Shown here piece by piece: positions 32,001 to 42,974 of a DNA stretch of 64,000 nucleotides. The notes beneath the pieces are model-generated. The model searched no databases. It was given only the letters and a program-made list of their open reading frames with translations, and had not been told where the DNA came from. Position numbers and translations under genes: made by a program. Source of the stretch: an uncultured archaeon (GTDB lineage Archaea > Asgardarchaeota > Lokiarchaeia > Sigyniarchaeales > SOKP01); contig CAZOYD010000002.1 in the NCBI GenBank assembly GCA_964583985.1, positions 94,267 through 158,266 on the forward strand. The letters are read 5' to 3'. How positions within the stretch are numbered: the stretch's first letter is position 1; each line of letters opens with the position of its first letter.

Positions 32001-33425
32001 ATGGTCGAACCAAGATATTTAAAGAAGGAAGATATTGATAGACTACTCAAAAATCCTTTAAATGAAGAAGAAATATTATTATGCCGGCGCCATCATCTTT
32101 TAACTAATGCCAGAGAACATATCATTACCGGAAGCACCGAACCTGGTTCAATTTACTTTAAAACGCAAGATGGTCAGGAAATTCTTGATTGTACTTCCCA
32201 AGCTTGGGTTTTAAATTTAGGGCATAACAATCCTGATATTAGTTATGCAATATATCTTCAATCCCAACAAGTAACTCATTCATGGTCGTATTTTTTGAAT
32301 CCTGTACGAGTAAGATTCACTAATAAGATTGCAGAGATCGCTCCAGGTCAATTAAAAGGGGGAAAAGTGAGTGTGAATAATGCTGGGGGAGGTGCTGCGT
32401 TGGAATGTGCTATAAGACTAAGCATGATCAATAACAAAAAGGGGGATCAATTTATTATATTTAGACGAGGATATCATGGTTCTAATTTAGTAATGATGGG
32501 AGCTTCACAACGATTGCCCATGAGATTCGAACCGTGGGGAAAAGAACATTGGATTAAAACTTTCTATCCATATTGTTATCGTTGCCCTTGGAATTATAAA
32601 GAAGGATTTGAAGGGAAAAGAGATAAATCATGCAATTTGGAATGCATAGAGTTTATTCGGGAAAGCATAGAATTGTATCCAACAGGGACTCCAATCGGAT
32701 GTATTATAGAACCAATGCAAGGTCCAGGTGGCATGATTCCCGCCCCAGTTGATTTCTTAGTTGGATTAAAAGAGATCTGTGCTAAAAATAAGATTCTTCT
32801 GACTTATGATGAGGCACAAACTGGATTTGGTCGAACGGGAAAAATGTTTGCTTCTGATTGGTATCAATCGACATATAATAAAGATATATCCCCAGACATT
32901 ATGACGCTGACTAAAGCAGCAGCAGCGGGTATTCCTATTGGAATCACTGTAGCATCTGAAAAGTTAAGAACCTTAACAGAGTTTGAGGAACATTCCACTT
33001 TCTCCTCTCCACCTTTAGCCATGGCAGCTTGTTTGATAAATATTGAAATATTACAGAAAAACAAGATTCCTGAAAATGCTGAAAAGCAAGGTAAGAAAAT
33101 TACATCATACATAAAAGAGCTATCAGAAGATATTCCTGAGATAGGAGATGTCAGGGGACCTGGGTTATTTATAGGAGTTGAGTTTGTTAAAGATAGAGAA
33201 ACCAGAGAACCACATAATAAATTAATAGAATCTTTGATCCATATTGCTTGGAAAAAGTATAATATCCTTTTTGGAGAACAAATGCAACTTATCGCGTCCA
33301 CCGGTGGCTACTTCATTCAAAACATACTTAAAATCAAGCCACCATTAGTAATTAATGATGAAGAAACTGATCAAATATGTGAGCGTTTTGAAAAATCTGT
33401 AAAAGAGACTATTAAAAACCTTTAA
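32001..33425 (+). CDS. class-III PLP aminotransferase
   Basis: NLGHN, YHG, IEPMQG, DEAQTGFGRTG, PDIMTLTK, GDVRG.GL. Confidence 0.9.
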   Translation: MVEPRYLKKEDIDRLLKNPLNEEEILLCRRHHLLTNAREHIITGSTEPGSIYFKTQDGQEILDCTSQAWVLNLGHNNPDISYAIYLQSQQVTHSWSYFLNPVRVRFTNKIAEIAPGQLKGGKVSVNNAGGGAALECAIRLSMINNKKGDQFIIFRRGYHGSNLVMMGASQRLPMRFEPWGKEHWIKTFYPYCYRCPWNYKEGFEGKRDKSCNLECIEFIRESIELYPTGTPIGCIIEPMQGPGGMIPAPVDFLVGLKEICAKNKILLTYDEAQTGFGRTGKMFASDWYQSTYNKDISPDIMTLTKAAAAGIPIGITVASEKLRTLTEFEEHSTFSSPPLAMAACLINIEILQKNKIPENAEKQGKKITSYIKELSEDIPEIGDVRGPGLFIGVEFVKDRETREPHNKLIESLIHIAWKKYNILFGEQMQLIASTGGYFIQNILKIKPPLVINDEETDQICERFEKSVKETIKNL

Positions 33426-33512
33426 TTTTTACCTTTTTTTTAAAATTTTTTAATATTGAATAGTATGCGTTTTCCAAATATTAAAAACAAGAGATAAAAA
33501 AATAAAAGAAAA

Positions 33513-35522
33513 TTACGCGGTATTTCCTAATTTGTAACCTTTAGCAACAGCTTCCATGACCGTTTGAGGATTTAGTACGTCTCCGACTTTCATTACTTCG
33601 AATCCCATTTCTTTGATCTCTTCATAAAGAGCATCATTAGGAACTACTCCCGTTGCATGATATACATAGTCGATATTACTTATGACTTGATCGTTTCCTT
33701 GAGCATCGGTATAATTCACGTAATTTTCACCAATTTCGGTAACATTTGCGTTAGTTACAAATTTAACCCCATAAAAGTCACATTTTCCTAAAAGAACCCA
33801 TTTAGTCGTTTTTCCAAGAGCTGTACCCAACTTAGGTAATTTTTCTAATACTGTTACTTTGTTCCGTTTTTCATGAAGCATATCTAATGCAACTTGAGGT
33901 TCTAAAGCATGATAAAACGTGAGAAAATCGAATGCTTCAGGGCTCATTGCTCCAAATTTTGCCAAATAAATGGCTAATTCAATTCCAGTTGCACCACCAC
34001 CGATAACTACGCTATTTCTCCCAACCGGAGCATTCCCATTAAACACGTCGTTTGCCCAAAAAACATTTGTTCTATCAATTCCAGGGATTGGAGCAATAAT
34101 AGGTTTCGTTCCAGACGCCAAATACACCATATCTGGATTGAAATCCTTTACTAATTGAGAATTAACTTCTTGCTGGAGATGAACCTTGATTTGATATTTC
34201 TGGATCCAATAGTTATAATTATCTATCATCCTTTTAAATTCGTTCCGTCCTGGGGGTATCCAAATTATATTTAATAGCCCGCCAATTTTATTGTCCTTTT
34301 CAAATACATGCACTTCATGGCCTCTCATCGCCGCTACCCGTGCTGCTTCTAGTCCTGCTGGTCCAGATCCGATGATCATGATCTTTTTCTTTTCTTTTAA
34401 TGGTTTTAATTTTGTTCGTGCTTCATTACCGGCTCTAGCATTTCTTAAACAAGTAACTGGCATCATTCGAAATACATTATCGAAACATCCTTGATTACAT
34501 CCTATACAATTCATTATATCTTGTGATTCACCTTTCTGAGCTTTCATAGGGAGGTAAGGATCAGCGATTAATCCTCTACCGATGCAAATTGCATCCGCTT
34601 TCCCAGCCATTAGGACTTGCTCAGCTAATTCGGGATAATTAATTCTATTTGAAGAAAATATTGGAATGGATACATTTCTCTTGATATTTTCTGCTAAATA
34701 GGTATAACATCCGTGAGGTACATCCATTGTTAACTGAGGAGTTTTAGTCTCATGCCATCCGCCAGTAACGTTAAAATAATCCAAGTATTTACCTAATTCT
34801 TTTGCAATTACTGCCTTTTCTTTGTAAGTATTACTTCCGGGAACGAAATCATCTCCAGATATTCGATAACCTACTACTAGATCTTCCGATTTAGCCCGTA
34901 TTCTCTCAATCGTTTCAATTGGAAATCTTAATCGATTTTCTAGTTCTCCACCATATTTATCTTTCCTTTTGTTAGTTTTAGGAGAAATAAACTGATCAAG
35001 TAGATAACCAGCATTAGCGCATATCTCGATTGCATCAAAACCGGCTTTTTTCGCTCGTATAGTAGCATCTTCAAATGCTTGTTGTTCTCGTTCAATATCT
35101 TCCATGGTCATTTCACGAGGTATTGTTTTGCTGAAATTGCTATATACAGCTGAAGGAGCTATGGGCGTTTTTCCGATGATTTGTGGAAATGCATATGCAC
35201 CACCATGATAGAATTGACAACAGACTTTTACATCATCACGAGCATCGTGAATAGCTTTTGTAAATTCTTCTAATTTCGGTAAATATTTATCATCATCAAC
35301 AGCGATCATAGAAGGCAATCCTTTACCATAAATATCCACATAGCATCCACCAACAATCAGCATGCCAGCACCCCCTTTTGCCCTCTCAACATAGAAATCC
35401 ACCAATTTGTTGCTAATAAAGCCATCTTTTGCCAAGTTTAAATGCATAGCTGGCATGATAATACGATTAGAGATGGATAAATTCTTAATTTTCAGCGGTG
35501 TGAATAGTTTAAAATATTTCAA
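33513..35522 (-). CDS. fadH: 2,4-dienoyl-CoA reductase (FadH-like, FMN/FAD/4Fe-4S)
   Basis: OYE domain (NRIIMPAM, YVERAKGG, NKRKDKYGG), CIGCNQGC..C, GSGPAGLEAA, GGGATG. Confidence 0.82.
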   Translation of the reverse strand: MKYFKLFTPLKIKNLSISNRIIMPAMHLNLAKDGFISNKLVDFYVERAKGGAGMLIVGGCYVDIYGKGLPSMIAVDDDKYLPKLEEFTKAIHDARDDVKVCCQFYHGGAYAFPQIIGKTPIAPSAVYSNFSKTIPREMTMEDIEREQQAFEDATIRAKKAGFDAIEICANAGYLLDQFISPKTNKRKDKYGGELENRLRFPIETIERIRAKSEDLVVGYRISGDDFVPGSNTYKEKAVIAKELGKYLDYFNVTGGWHETKTPQLTMDVPHGCYTYLAENIKRNVSIPIFSSNRINYPELAEQVLMAGKADAICIGRGLIADPYLPMKAQKGESQDIMNCIGCNQGCFDNVFRMMPVTCLRNARAGNEARTKLKPLKEKKKIMIIGSGPAGLEAARVAAMRGHEVHVFEKDNKIGGLLNIIWIPPGRNEFKRMIDNYNYWIQKYQIKVHLQQEVNSQLVKDFNPDMVYLASGTKPIIAPIPGIDRTNVFWANDVFNGNAPVGRNSVVIGGGATGIELAIYLAKFGAMSPEAFDFLTFYHALEPQVALDMLHEKRNKVTVLEKLPKLGTALGKTTKWVLLGKCDFYGVKFVTNANVTEIGENYVNYTDAQGNDQVISNIDYVYHATGVVPNDALYEEIKEMGFEVMKVGDVLNPQTVMEAVAKGYKLGNTA

Positions 35523-35683
35523 ATCTTATCCTCTTCTTTTAATTTTATTTTTTAATAATTATGATTATATTTCATTAATTCTCCATAAAAAATTTTCATC
35601 TTATTTCTTACTTTTCATATAGATTTTTTTTTTAATTAAGCGATATAATAATTATAATAATTAAAAAGAAAACATGAAAAAAT

Positions 35684-36508
35684 ATGAGTGAAGATATTGT
35701 CTTAATTGAGGAAAATGAGGATAGAACAATTACTACCATTACTTTAAACCGAATAGATAAAAAAAATGCTTTTAATTATGATCTAATGGTCGGATTACAA
35801 AAAGCAATAGATAAAGTTGAACGAACTGAAGCTAGAGTAGTTATTATTACCGGTGGAAAAGATTTTTTTAGCTCAGGGATAGATCTCAATTTTTTAACAG
35901 GTCAGGAAAGAGATCCCGAAGGAGTGGTTCCTGATTTACGAATTCCTCGTAATTTTCGATATTTTGCGAATACATGGATTCACCCAATTTTTACAAAAAT
36001 TGAAAAGATGGAGAAACCTGTAATTGCGAAAATTAACGGTTATTGTTTTGGAATGGCTTTTGAACTTGCGTTGGCATGCGACTTTCGATTCTGTACGGAT
36101 TCAGCACAGTTCCACATGTTAGAAAGCAAGATCGGAATGAATCCTGATGTGGGAGGAACCATAAGGTTAACACGAATTGTGGGAATCCAAAATACGAAGG
36201 ATATCGTTCTAACGGGTAGAAAATTTGATGGAAATGAAGCTTATCGACTTGGAGTTGTAAATAAAGTTGCTAAAAGCTATGAAGAATTAGAATCAATAAT
36301 AAAATTTTATACAGACGAGCTCATGACGAGTGGTCCATTAGCAGTTGGGCTTGCAAAGAAACTGATTGATGATTGTTATGGTAAAGATACCGCATTAGGG
36401 TTAGAACTAGAAACCCTTGTAAGCTCTCAATTACTTCAAACTAAAGATGCAGTAGGTGGAGCAATGGCTCGTCTAACAAAAACTAAACCAAAATGGAAAT
36501 GGAAATAA
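35684..36508 (+). CDS. enoyl-CoA hydratase/isomerase family protein
   Basis: TLNR..KKNA, FSSGIDL, KPVIAKING...G...ELALACDFR, E.K.G..PD.GG. Confidence 0.9.
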   Translation: MSEDIVLIEENEDRTITTITLNRIDKKNAFNYDLMVGLQKAIDKVERTEARVVIITGGKDFFSSGIDLNFLTGQERDPEGVVPDLRIPRNFRYFANTWIHPIFTKIEKMEKPVIAKINGYCFGMAFELALACDFRFCTDSAQFHMLESKIGMNPDVGGTIRLTRIVGIQNTKDIVLTGRKFDGNEAYRLGVVNKVAKSYEELESIIKFYTDELMTSGPLAVGLAKKLIDDCYGKDTALGLELETLVSSQLLQTKDAVGGAMARLTKTKPKWKWK

Positions 36509-36553
36509 ACTTTTTCTTACTTCTTTTTATTTTAAAAAAAGGAAAATAAAATT

Positions 36554-37741
36554 TTATGTTAAAGTAAGATCTAGGTGAAGATCGGTTAAAGGATATGATA
36601 TACATGGATGAATAAATCCATAATCTTTGTCTATATCCCGAATTGTTACTTCAGGTGGAACAAAAACTTTTCCAGAGATCATTTTCGTTCTACATAATGC
36701 ACATTCACCAGATCGACAACTGTTATCAGGTATAATATCTGGTTTGCCAACCTTTTCAATGCTATTAAGTAAAGGTTCAGTACAAGGTGCTTTAAATATG
36801 AGTTCTTCTACCTTTCCTAATTTTCTGTATTTCAAGGTTACTTGAACTTTATGAGACTTATTCAAATTTTGTGGCCATCCAATCACTTTAGTGATATCAT
36901 CAGGTGCACCAAATGCTTCAAAATAAGTTTTATGTTTAGGAATGCCTAATTTATTAAGTTCACTCTCTATAAAATTATACATTGCACGATTACCAACTAC
37001 ATAGTAATATTTTTTACCTAATGATTTTATTTCACTCGAAATAATTTCTTTCGTTATGAATCCGCATGCACCTCTCCAACTTGGATCTGGTTCAGATAAA
37101 ACATATTTTATGTTAACATTATTCCTTCTGGATTTGATTTCTTCCAATTCATTCTTGAATAGAATTTCAGATTCTGTTAAAGCCCCATAAATCAACCAGA
37201 TATTTATTGGACTCATTCTTTCGGTAATATCTCGTAATAGTGATATAAACGGTGTAATTCCGCATCCTCCTGCTATGAAAACAAGATTATTTCCATGAAA
37301 AAGAGGGTTATAAAATAAATTTCCCATTGGTTCTGTAGCTTCAATGACATCTCCCACTTTCGCATTCTCGATTAAATATGGACTTACAAAACCACCGATT
37401 TTTTTCCGTATTCCTATCTCATAATAAGCAAGTTGGTTAGGAGAAGAAACTAATGAATATGGTCTTGAAGTTCTGATTCCATTAATTTCTATAGTAATAC
37501 CCATGTATTGACCTGCTCGAAATGGTGCTAATGGTTTTTGTGGTTTGGCAGGTACTAATCGGAATAATTTGGTATCATGAGAGAGTTGTATGATGTCAGA
37601 GATTCTTAATGTTTGATTTGTAGGATGGATTCTGTTACATAAGTTCTCTAATCCATCATAATACCAAGGTATTGCTTGTATTTCTTCTCTTTTTTTCTTT
37701 ATTTTTTCTGCATTCTGATATTTCTTAATATCTTCCATCAT
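36554..37741 (-). CDS. FAD/NAD-binding ferredoxin reductase with C-terminal 2Fe-2S domain (PaaE/KshB architecture)
   Basis: FRAGQY, RPYSL, GGFVS, AGGCGITPF, CRSGECALC...PC. Confidence 0.85.
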   Translation of the reverse strand: MMEDIKKYQNAEKIKKKREEIQAIPWYYDGLENLCNRIHPTNQTLRISDIIQLSHDTKLFRLVPAKPQKPLAPFRAGQYMGITIEINGIRTSRPYSLVSSPNQLAYYEIGIRKKIGGFVSPYLIENAKVGDVIEATEPMGNLFYNPLFHGNNLVFIAGGCGITPFISLLRDITERMSPINIWLIYGALTESEILFKNELEEIKSRRNNVNIKYVLSEPDPSWRGACGFITKEIISSEIKSLGKKYYYVVGNRAMYNFIESELNKLGIPKHKTYFEAFGAPDDITKVIGWPQNLNKSHKVQVTLKYRKLGKVEELIFKAPCTEPLLNSIEKVGKPDIIPDNSCRSGECALCRTKMISGKVFVPPEVTIRDIDKDYGFIHPCISYPLTDLHLDLTLT

Positions 37742-37744
37742 TAT

Positions 37745-39298
37745 TTACCATCTCCTCTCGATTTTATCTTTTAGATACATTCCCGCGGCTATTCTTCCAC
37801 CGACTATGCTTGTTGAAAATCCCCCACCAAAATTAGTCCAAGCACCTACTTGATATAGTCCTGGAATTGCACCTCTACTTTTTAATCTCAATAAAGGTCC
37901 ATTTTCCACGGATTGTTCCGTTCCATATATTGCCCCTTCAATATTCTTAGAATAACGATAATATGTTAAAGGACTTGCTGCAACTGCCACTTCTATATGA
38001 TCTCTTATATCTGGGCAAATCGTTTTTTCTACCAACGAGATCATACTATCTGCAATTTCATCTTTTTTTCTAAAGTATTGATCTGGTGCGATATTTTGCC
38101 ATAATTTCCCCATCTGGAGCGTGGTAAGAACTAATTGAGTCGTTCCAAGAGGAGATATTTCCTCATAGATATGATTATAACATGCTGCAACCATGTATTC
38201 TGGTGGTTTCAATTTTCGAAATGTTTCAAAAGCATGATTCATATCATATGTGGAATTAATAAATGTTTCATGCACGGTAAAACCAAGGTCCTTATGAGAT
38301 GCATTCAATCCAATATATACAGAAAATCCCGAAGGTCCTATTCCTGGAGTATATATTTTTCTTTTATAATCATCAGGAACTATTTCTTCAGGTAACATCT
38401 TCATCGCAGTGCAGATTGGATTCACATTGGAAACTACAGCATTACAAAGATAAATATCTCCATTTTGAAGTTCGACACCACAAGTTCTTCCATTTTTAAC
38501 TAGAATTCTCTCAACTAGTGCATTATATCTTACTATACCACCAAATTTTTCAAATGCGTTAACTAATGCATTTGTCAGAGAATGAGATCTCCCCATAGGG
38601 AATGCAGCACCCCATTTCAGATAGAAAATCAACATTGCTACAAAAGCATATGCATTCATTCTATCAGGTGGTAACCCTATATAACCCCATAGCTGAGATA
38701 ATACCGCAATTAACTTCTTATCAGTGAAAAATTTTTCATATAATTCTGAAAGTGTAATTCCTGCGACTCTTGGAAGCCAGGGATGTTCTTTCAGTACCTC
38801 TCCCTGATTAAATTTTCCTCCTTTAGCAGCAATGTATTCAATTCCTGCTAACACGGCCTTACAAACGTCCATGAACTCTTCAATTCCTTTTTGTTCATGA
38901 GGAAAAAGTTCGATTAATTTATTTGTATAATCCTCCATTCCCAGAGGTAAGGTAACGTCATATCCATCAAGATACACACTACGATAAAATTCTGGTACAT
39001 TTTTGAATCTAAGTGTCTCGGGAACGATTCCAAGCCTTTCGAAAAACCTGTATAAAGCTCCCCTATTGCCTTCAGTACCGATATCACTTAATTCGTGTAA
39101 GGCACCCTCAAATTCAAATCTCCCTCTTACAAACGACGTAGCAAAACCTCCCGGTACATTATGTTTTTCTAAGAGGAGAACTTGTACGCCTCGGGCTACA
39201 AGTTGACACGCAGCTCCAAGACCCCCTAGTCCTGCACCTATCACGATAACAGGAAAATTTCCCACTACTCGCTTTTCGTTATAAGTTGAATTAATCAT
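37745..39298 (-). CDS. phytoene desaturase / retinol saturase-like FAD oxidoreductase
   Basis: VIGAGLGGL, LLEKH..PGG.A.SF.RG..EFE, ASPLT..RY...GAIYG, GLYQVG; start probably 39298. Confidence 0.85.
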   Translation of the reverse strand: MINSTYNEKRVVGNFPVIVIGAGLGGLGAACQLVARGVQVLLLEKHNVPGGFATSFVRGRFEFEGALHELSDIGTEGNRGALYRFFERLGIVPETLRFKNVPEFYRSVYLDGYDVTLPLGMEDYTNKLIELFPHEQKGIEEFMDVCKAVLAGIEYIAAKGGKFNQGEVLKEHPWLPRVAGITLSELYEKFFTDKKLIAVLSQLWGYIGLPPDRMNAYAFVAMLIFYLKWGAAFPMGRSHSLTNALVNAFEKFGGIVRYNALVERILVKNGRTCGVELQNGDIYLCNAVVSNVNPICTAMKMLPEEIVPDDYKRKIYTPGIGPSGFSVYIGLNASHKDLGFTVHETFINSTYDMNHAFETFRKLKPPEYMVAACYNHIYEEISPLGTTQLVLTTLQMGKLWQNIAPDQYFRKKDEIADSMISLVEKTICPDIRDHIEVAVAASPLTYYRYSKNIEGAIYGTEQSVENGPLLRLKSRGAIPGLYQVGAWTNFGGGFSTSIVGGRIAAGMYLKDKIERRW

Positions 39299-39399
39299 AA
39301 TGAATAAATTTCTCGTTAGAAATATAAAATTTATCAAATATTGGATTTTGGGTCCGAATTTTTGAATAATAAGTATAATTGGAATTCGCGATGAAGCTG

Positions 39400-40218
39400 T
39401 TATTTCCCTATAAATTTAACATCTTCTTTCTCTTTCAAAGCAGACATTGCTTCTTTAAAATCTTTAGAAGCAAAAGTCTTTCGAAGCGCTTTATTTTCCA
39501 TGTCTAAAGTTTGAGAGAGAATTTCACGAAAGTATGCATGCATAGTTTTTTTCATTAGTTTTAGTGATAAACTAGGACCGTTTGGAGGAATCAATCGCAA
39601 TGCTTGTTCTCGAGCATAATTCATCAATTCTTCATTCGGTAAAACCTTATTTGTTAATCCCAACTCGAGTGCTCGTTGAGAGGAAACCTTTTCCCCCATA
39701 TAACATATTTCTTTAGCTCTCTGAAATCCTACCAGTAAAGGTAAAAGAAAAGTTGTACCAAATTCGGGTACTATGGCTCTTCTTGCAAAATAAAACCCTA
39801 ACCATGCATCCTCTGCCATATAAACTAAATCAGCACCCGCTAATGGCATGGTGACGCCTCCACCTATAGCCATCCCATTAATCGCGACGATTACGGGTTT
39901 TTGAAAATCCCACATCTTTAAACATAGTTTTTTTTGAGCAATATCCATCAAATCGATTTCCGGATATTTTTGCATTTTATGGAACATTTCAGGTTTAAAA
40001 TACCCTCCAGAAGTAAAAGCTTCGCCTTTAGGATCACCAGTTATTATCAATACTTTAGCATTTTTATCTTGCTCCATATCTTCAATGATATAAAAAAGTT
40101 CTAAAAATGTAATGTAGGTTACAGCATTCCTTCTCTCTGGTCTTGAAAACTTGGCAGTACAAATACCGTTTTCTTCCTTTTTATAGATGATATCCTCAAA
40201 TTCTTCGATTTTCATCAA
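39400..40218 (-). CDS. enoyl-CoA hydratase/isomerase family protein
   Basis: RPERRNA, KPVIVAINGMAIGGG, F.RR...PEFG. Confidence 0.88.
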   Translation of the reverse strand: MMKIEEFEDIIYKKEENGICTAKFSRPERRNAVTYITFLELFYIIEDMEQDKNAKVLIITGDPKGEAFTSGGYFKPEMFHKMQKYPEIDLMDIAQKKLCLKMWDFQKPVIVAINGMAIGGGVTMPLAGADLVYMAEDAWLGFYFARRAIVPEFGTTFLLPLLVGFQRAKEICYMGEKVSSQRALELGLTNKVLPNEELMNYAREQALRLIPPNGPSLSLKLMKKTMHAYFREILSQTLDMENKALRKTFASKDFKEAMSALKEKEDVKFIGK

Positions 40219-40294
40219 TTAATCCCAAAAATTAATTAGTTTTGAATAAAAATTAAAAAAAACAAAAAAAGTATTTGAATTATGATATCTCAAA

Positions 40295-41986
40295 TTATTC
40301 TCTTAATTTCTTCTTTTCAACCTTCCCAACTAGAGTAAGCGGAATCTCTTCACGAAACTCCCAAATCTTTGGAATTTCATATTTTGAGAGATTTTCTTCA
40401 GCGAATTTCTTTATACTTGTTTTAACTGCATCATCTTCTATTACTCCTTCTTTTAATTGGACAACTGCTTTTACAATTTCAGCACCAGGTCTATCTGGAT
40501 TTGGGATTCCAATTATCGCCAAAATTGCAATATCTGGATGTTTCGTCAGTATTTCCTCTACATGGACACTATAGACTTTAAATCCACTAACTATTAGCAT
40601 ATCTTTAGTCCTATCGACAATCTTTAAATATCCATCTTCATCAAATACCCCAACATCACCAGTATGGAAATATCCCTCACTATCAAATGCAGCTTTAGAT
40701 TCTTCGGGTTTATTATGATATCCTTTTGTTACTTGAGGCCCTTTTATTAAAATCTCCCCAGGTTCTCCGATTCCCAATTCCTTCCCCGTATCAATATCAA
40801 TAATTTTAACTTCAGTATCAGGTAGAGGTAAACCGACTGTTCCTATCTTTTTTGTTCCAAAGGCAGGATTCGCAGTAGCTAGAGGAGATGTTTCCGTCAT
40901 CCCGTAGACTTCGACAAATTTATTTTCAGTGTGAAATAGTTTTTCAAATTCTCTTATTGCTTCAGCTGGAAACGGAGCGGCACCACTAACATATAAAGTG
41001 ATATGATCCAATATTTCTATAGGAATTTCTAGGGCTTTCGGATTATTTTGTATCATCAAAAATAGTGTGGGAACATTTCCAAAACTTGTCGGTCTCTTAT
41101 CAATAATCTCTGCGATGATATGGTCTGTATCTCTAGGATTAGCAATTAGGGTTTGTGTTCCAGAAATAAAGGGAAGAAATAGACCTATCAAATATCCCGC
41201 GATATGGAAGAATGGAAATGCTGAGAGTAACACCTCTTTACCATGTTCTCGACCAAGCCATGCATCGAATTGCGTTAAATTTGCTAACAAATTCGAATGA
41301 GTTATAATTGTTCCTTTAGGACGTCCTGTAGTTCCACCAGTATACTGAATCAATGCTGCATCTTCTTTAATGTTGATATTTATTTTTTTAATGTCAATAT
41401 CAGTCTTTAATGCCTTTAGAAAAGGAACTACTGTTTTTCCTGGCCATGGAGCCATTTTTCCTTTTGGAATTTTTTTAATTAATTTACCCATAAAAACCTT
41501 GAACCCACTAAAACCCATAAATTCAGAGATGTTTGTTGGGATGATTAATTTTAGATTCGGTAATTTATCTAAAAATTTCGATAAAACTTTTTCATAGATC
41601 ACATCCATAGTAACAATTGCCTTAGATCCGGAGTCTTCTAATTGGTACATAATTTCTGGAGGACTTAATAACGGAGAGCATCCAGAAACGGTTCCTCCTG
41701 CCATATAAGTTCCGTATACTGCAAATAAATATTGAGGCGTGTTAGGGAGGGATATTGTAACCACATCACCTTTCTCAATACCATTTTTTTGTAAAAAAGT
41801 AGCAAATTTTTGCGAATATGCTAATACTTCTTTATAGGTAAGAGCAGCATCCATGAAATAGATCCCAATTTTTTCCGGAAATTCCATCATATTTTTTGTT
41901 AAAATGGTTCCAAGATCTTCAGTTGGATACTGTAGATTTGGTTTAACATGATCATCATAAGATTTCAACCAAAATTTTTCAACCAT
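40295..41986 (-). CDS. long-chain acyl-CoA ligase
   Basis: YTGGTTGRPKG, YGMTETSP, FHTGD, DRTKD, GKV. Confidence 0.92.
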   Translation of the reverse strand: MVEKFWLKSYDDHVKPNLQYPTEDLGTILTKNMMEFPEKIGIYFMDAALTYKEVLAYSQKFATFLQKNGIEKGDVVTISLPNTPQYLFAVYGTYMAGGTVSGCSPLLSPPEIMYQLEDSGSKAIVTMDVIYEKVLSKFLDKLPNLKLIIPTNISEFMGFSGFKVFMGKLIKKIPKGKMAPWPGKTVVPFLKALKTDIDIKKININIKEDAALIQYTGGTTGRPKGTIITHSNLLANLTQFDAWLGREHGKEVLLSAFPFFHIAGYLIGLFLPFISGTQTLIANPRDTDHIIAEIIDKRPTSFGNVPTLFLMIQNNPKALEIPIEILDHITLYVSGAAPFPAEAIREFEKLFHTENKFVEVYGMTETSPLATANPAFGTKKIGTVGLPLPDTEVKIIDIDTGKELGIGEPGEILIKGPQVTKGYHNKPEESKAAFDSEGYFHTGDVGVFDEDGYLKIVDRTKDMLIVSGFKVYSVHVEEILTKHPDIAILAIIGIPNPDRPGAEIVKAVVQLKEGVIEDDAVKTSIKKFAEENLSKYEIPKIWEFREEIPLTLVGKVEKKKLRE

Positions 41987-42105
41987 TTATATCAACTTTT
42001 CAAATTTGAGTTTTTAATATTTAATTACTCGTTTATTATTTTTATAGTTTATAATAAAATATTTAAAAAAAAGTTTAGATAGAAAATGAAAAAGATAAAA
42101 ACAAG

Positions 42106-42477
42106 TTATTTTACATGTAAAACAATGGTAATAGCTCTAGTTAATCGGATTACATCCATTACTTTTCCTTTATTGACAGTTATTTGCTCACGTGATATAG
42201 CATGAGTAAAATCTCCTTTTCCTTCACAAATTCTCACAATTGCATTAGGATCCCCAGACAATATTATATCAGCATTAGGTTTTGTTCCTTCTGATAAATA
42301 GACTTTTTTGTTTTTTATCTCCAGATAGAAACCTTTTTCGTTATCAAGATTAAATTGGAAAGACATTTCCCAATAGGCATCTTCCCCCGCAATATTTGTC
42401 ACAAAAACAGCTTGAGCTTTTGGATTATTGTTTATTTTCTCGACAATTTTCATCAATTTTTCTCTTGCTTGTCCCAT
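42106..42477 (-). CDS. SCP2 sterol/lipid-binding domain protein
   Basis: SD AGGAGG before ATG 42477; SCP2 pattern FQF.L...FYL.I.....EG....D. Confidence 0.8.
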   Translation of the reverse strand: MGQAREKLMKIVEKINNNPKAQAVFVTNIAGEDAYWEMSFQFNLDNEKGFYLEIKNKKVYLSEGTKPNADIILSGDPNAIVRICEGKGDFTHAISREQITVNKGKVMDVIRLTRAITIVLHVK

Positions 42478-42479
42478 TT

Positions 42480-42974
42480 TTACACTCCTCCTTCGTATTC
42501 TGGTTTTGAAATCCAATTTTCATACTCATCCTCGGGAACAAAGAAAAAGTCGGTCATCTTTCCTTCTCTTTGTTTATTAAATACTGCTTTAACTCTTTTG
42601 CCCTTTTTAATTTTAGAAGGTACGAGATTTTCTGAGAAAATCCCTTGAAATATAGCAGTTTCAGCACCATCGAGTTTAATGAATCCTATCCCATAGGGTA
42701 CTGCTTTGATAAAAGCTGAAGTTGTATACCACACGATCGTGCTTACTTGTATCGTTCCAGCTTGATTAAGTTCTACCCAATCTGCAGGTTCGTAACAATC
42801 AGAACAATTTATTCTTGGAGGCATCCATATCTTTCCACATTTGGTGCATTTCGTACCAAATAGCTTTTTATTTTTCATCACTTCGATAAAGAATTTGGAT
42901 TGACCACCCATCGTATAACGATATTCTATTTTTATTCGATCACGTATTTGATGATCTTGGAATTTTTCTGTCAT
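42480..42974 (-). CDS. DUF35 Zn-ribbon/OB-fold protein
   Basis: GTKCTKCG...MPPR..C..C, PY..G.IKLDGA; translationally coupled to the upstream thiolase. Confidence 0.9.
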   Translation of the reverse strand: MTEKFQDHQIRDRIKIEYRYTMGGQSKFFIEVMKNKKLFGTKCTKCGKIWMPPRINCSDCYEPADWVELNQAGTIQVSTIVWYTTSAFIKAVPYGIGFIKLDGAETAIFQGIFSENLVPSKIKKGKRVKAVFNKQREGKMTDFFFVPEDEYENWISKPEYEGGV

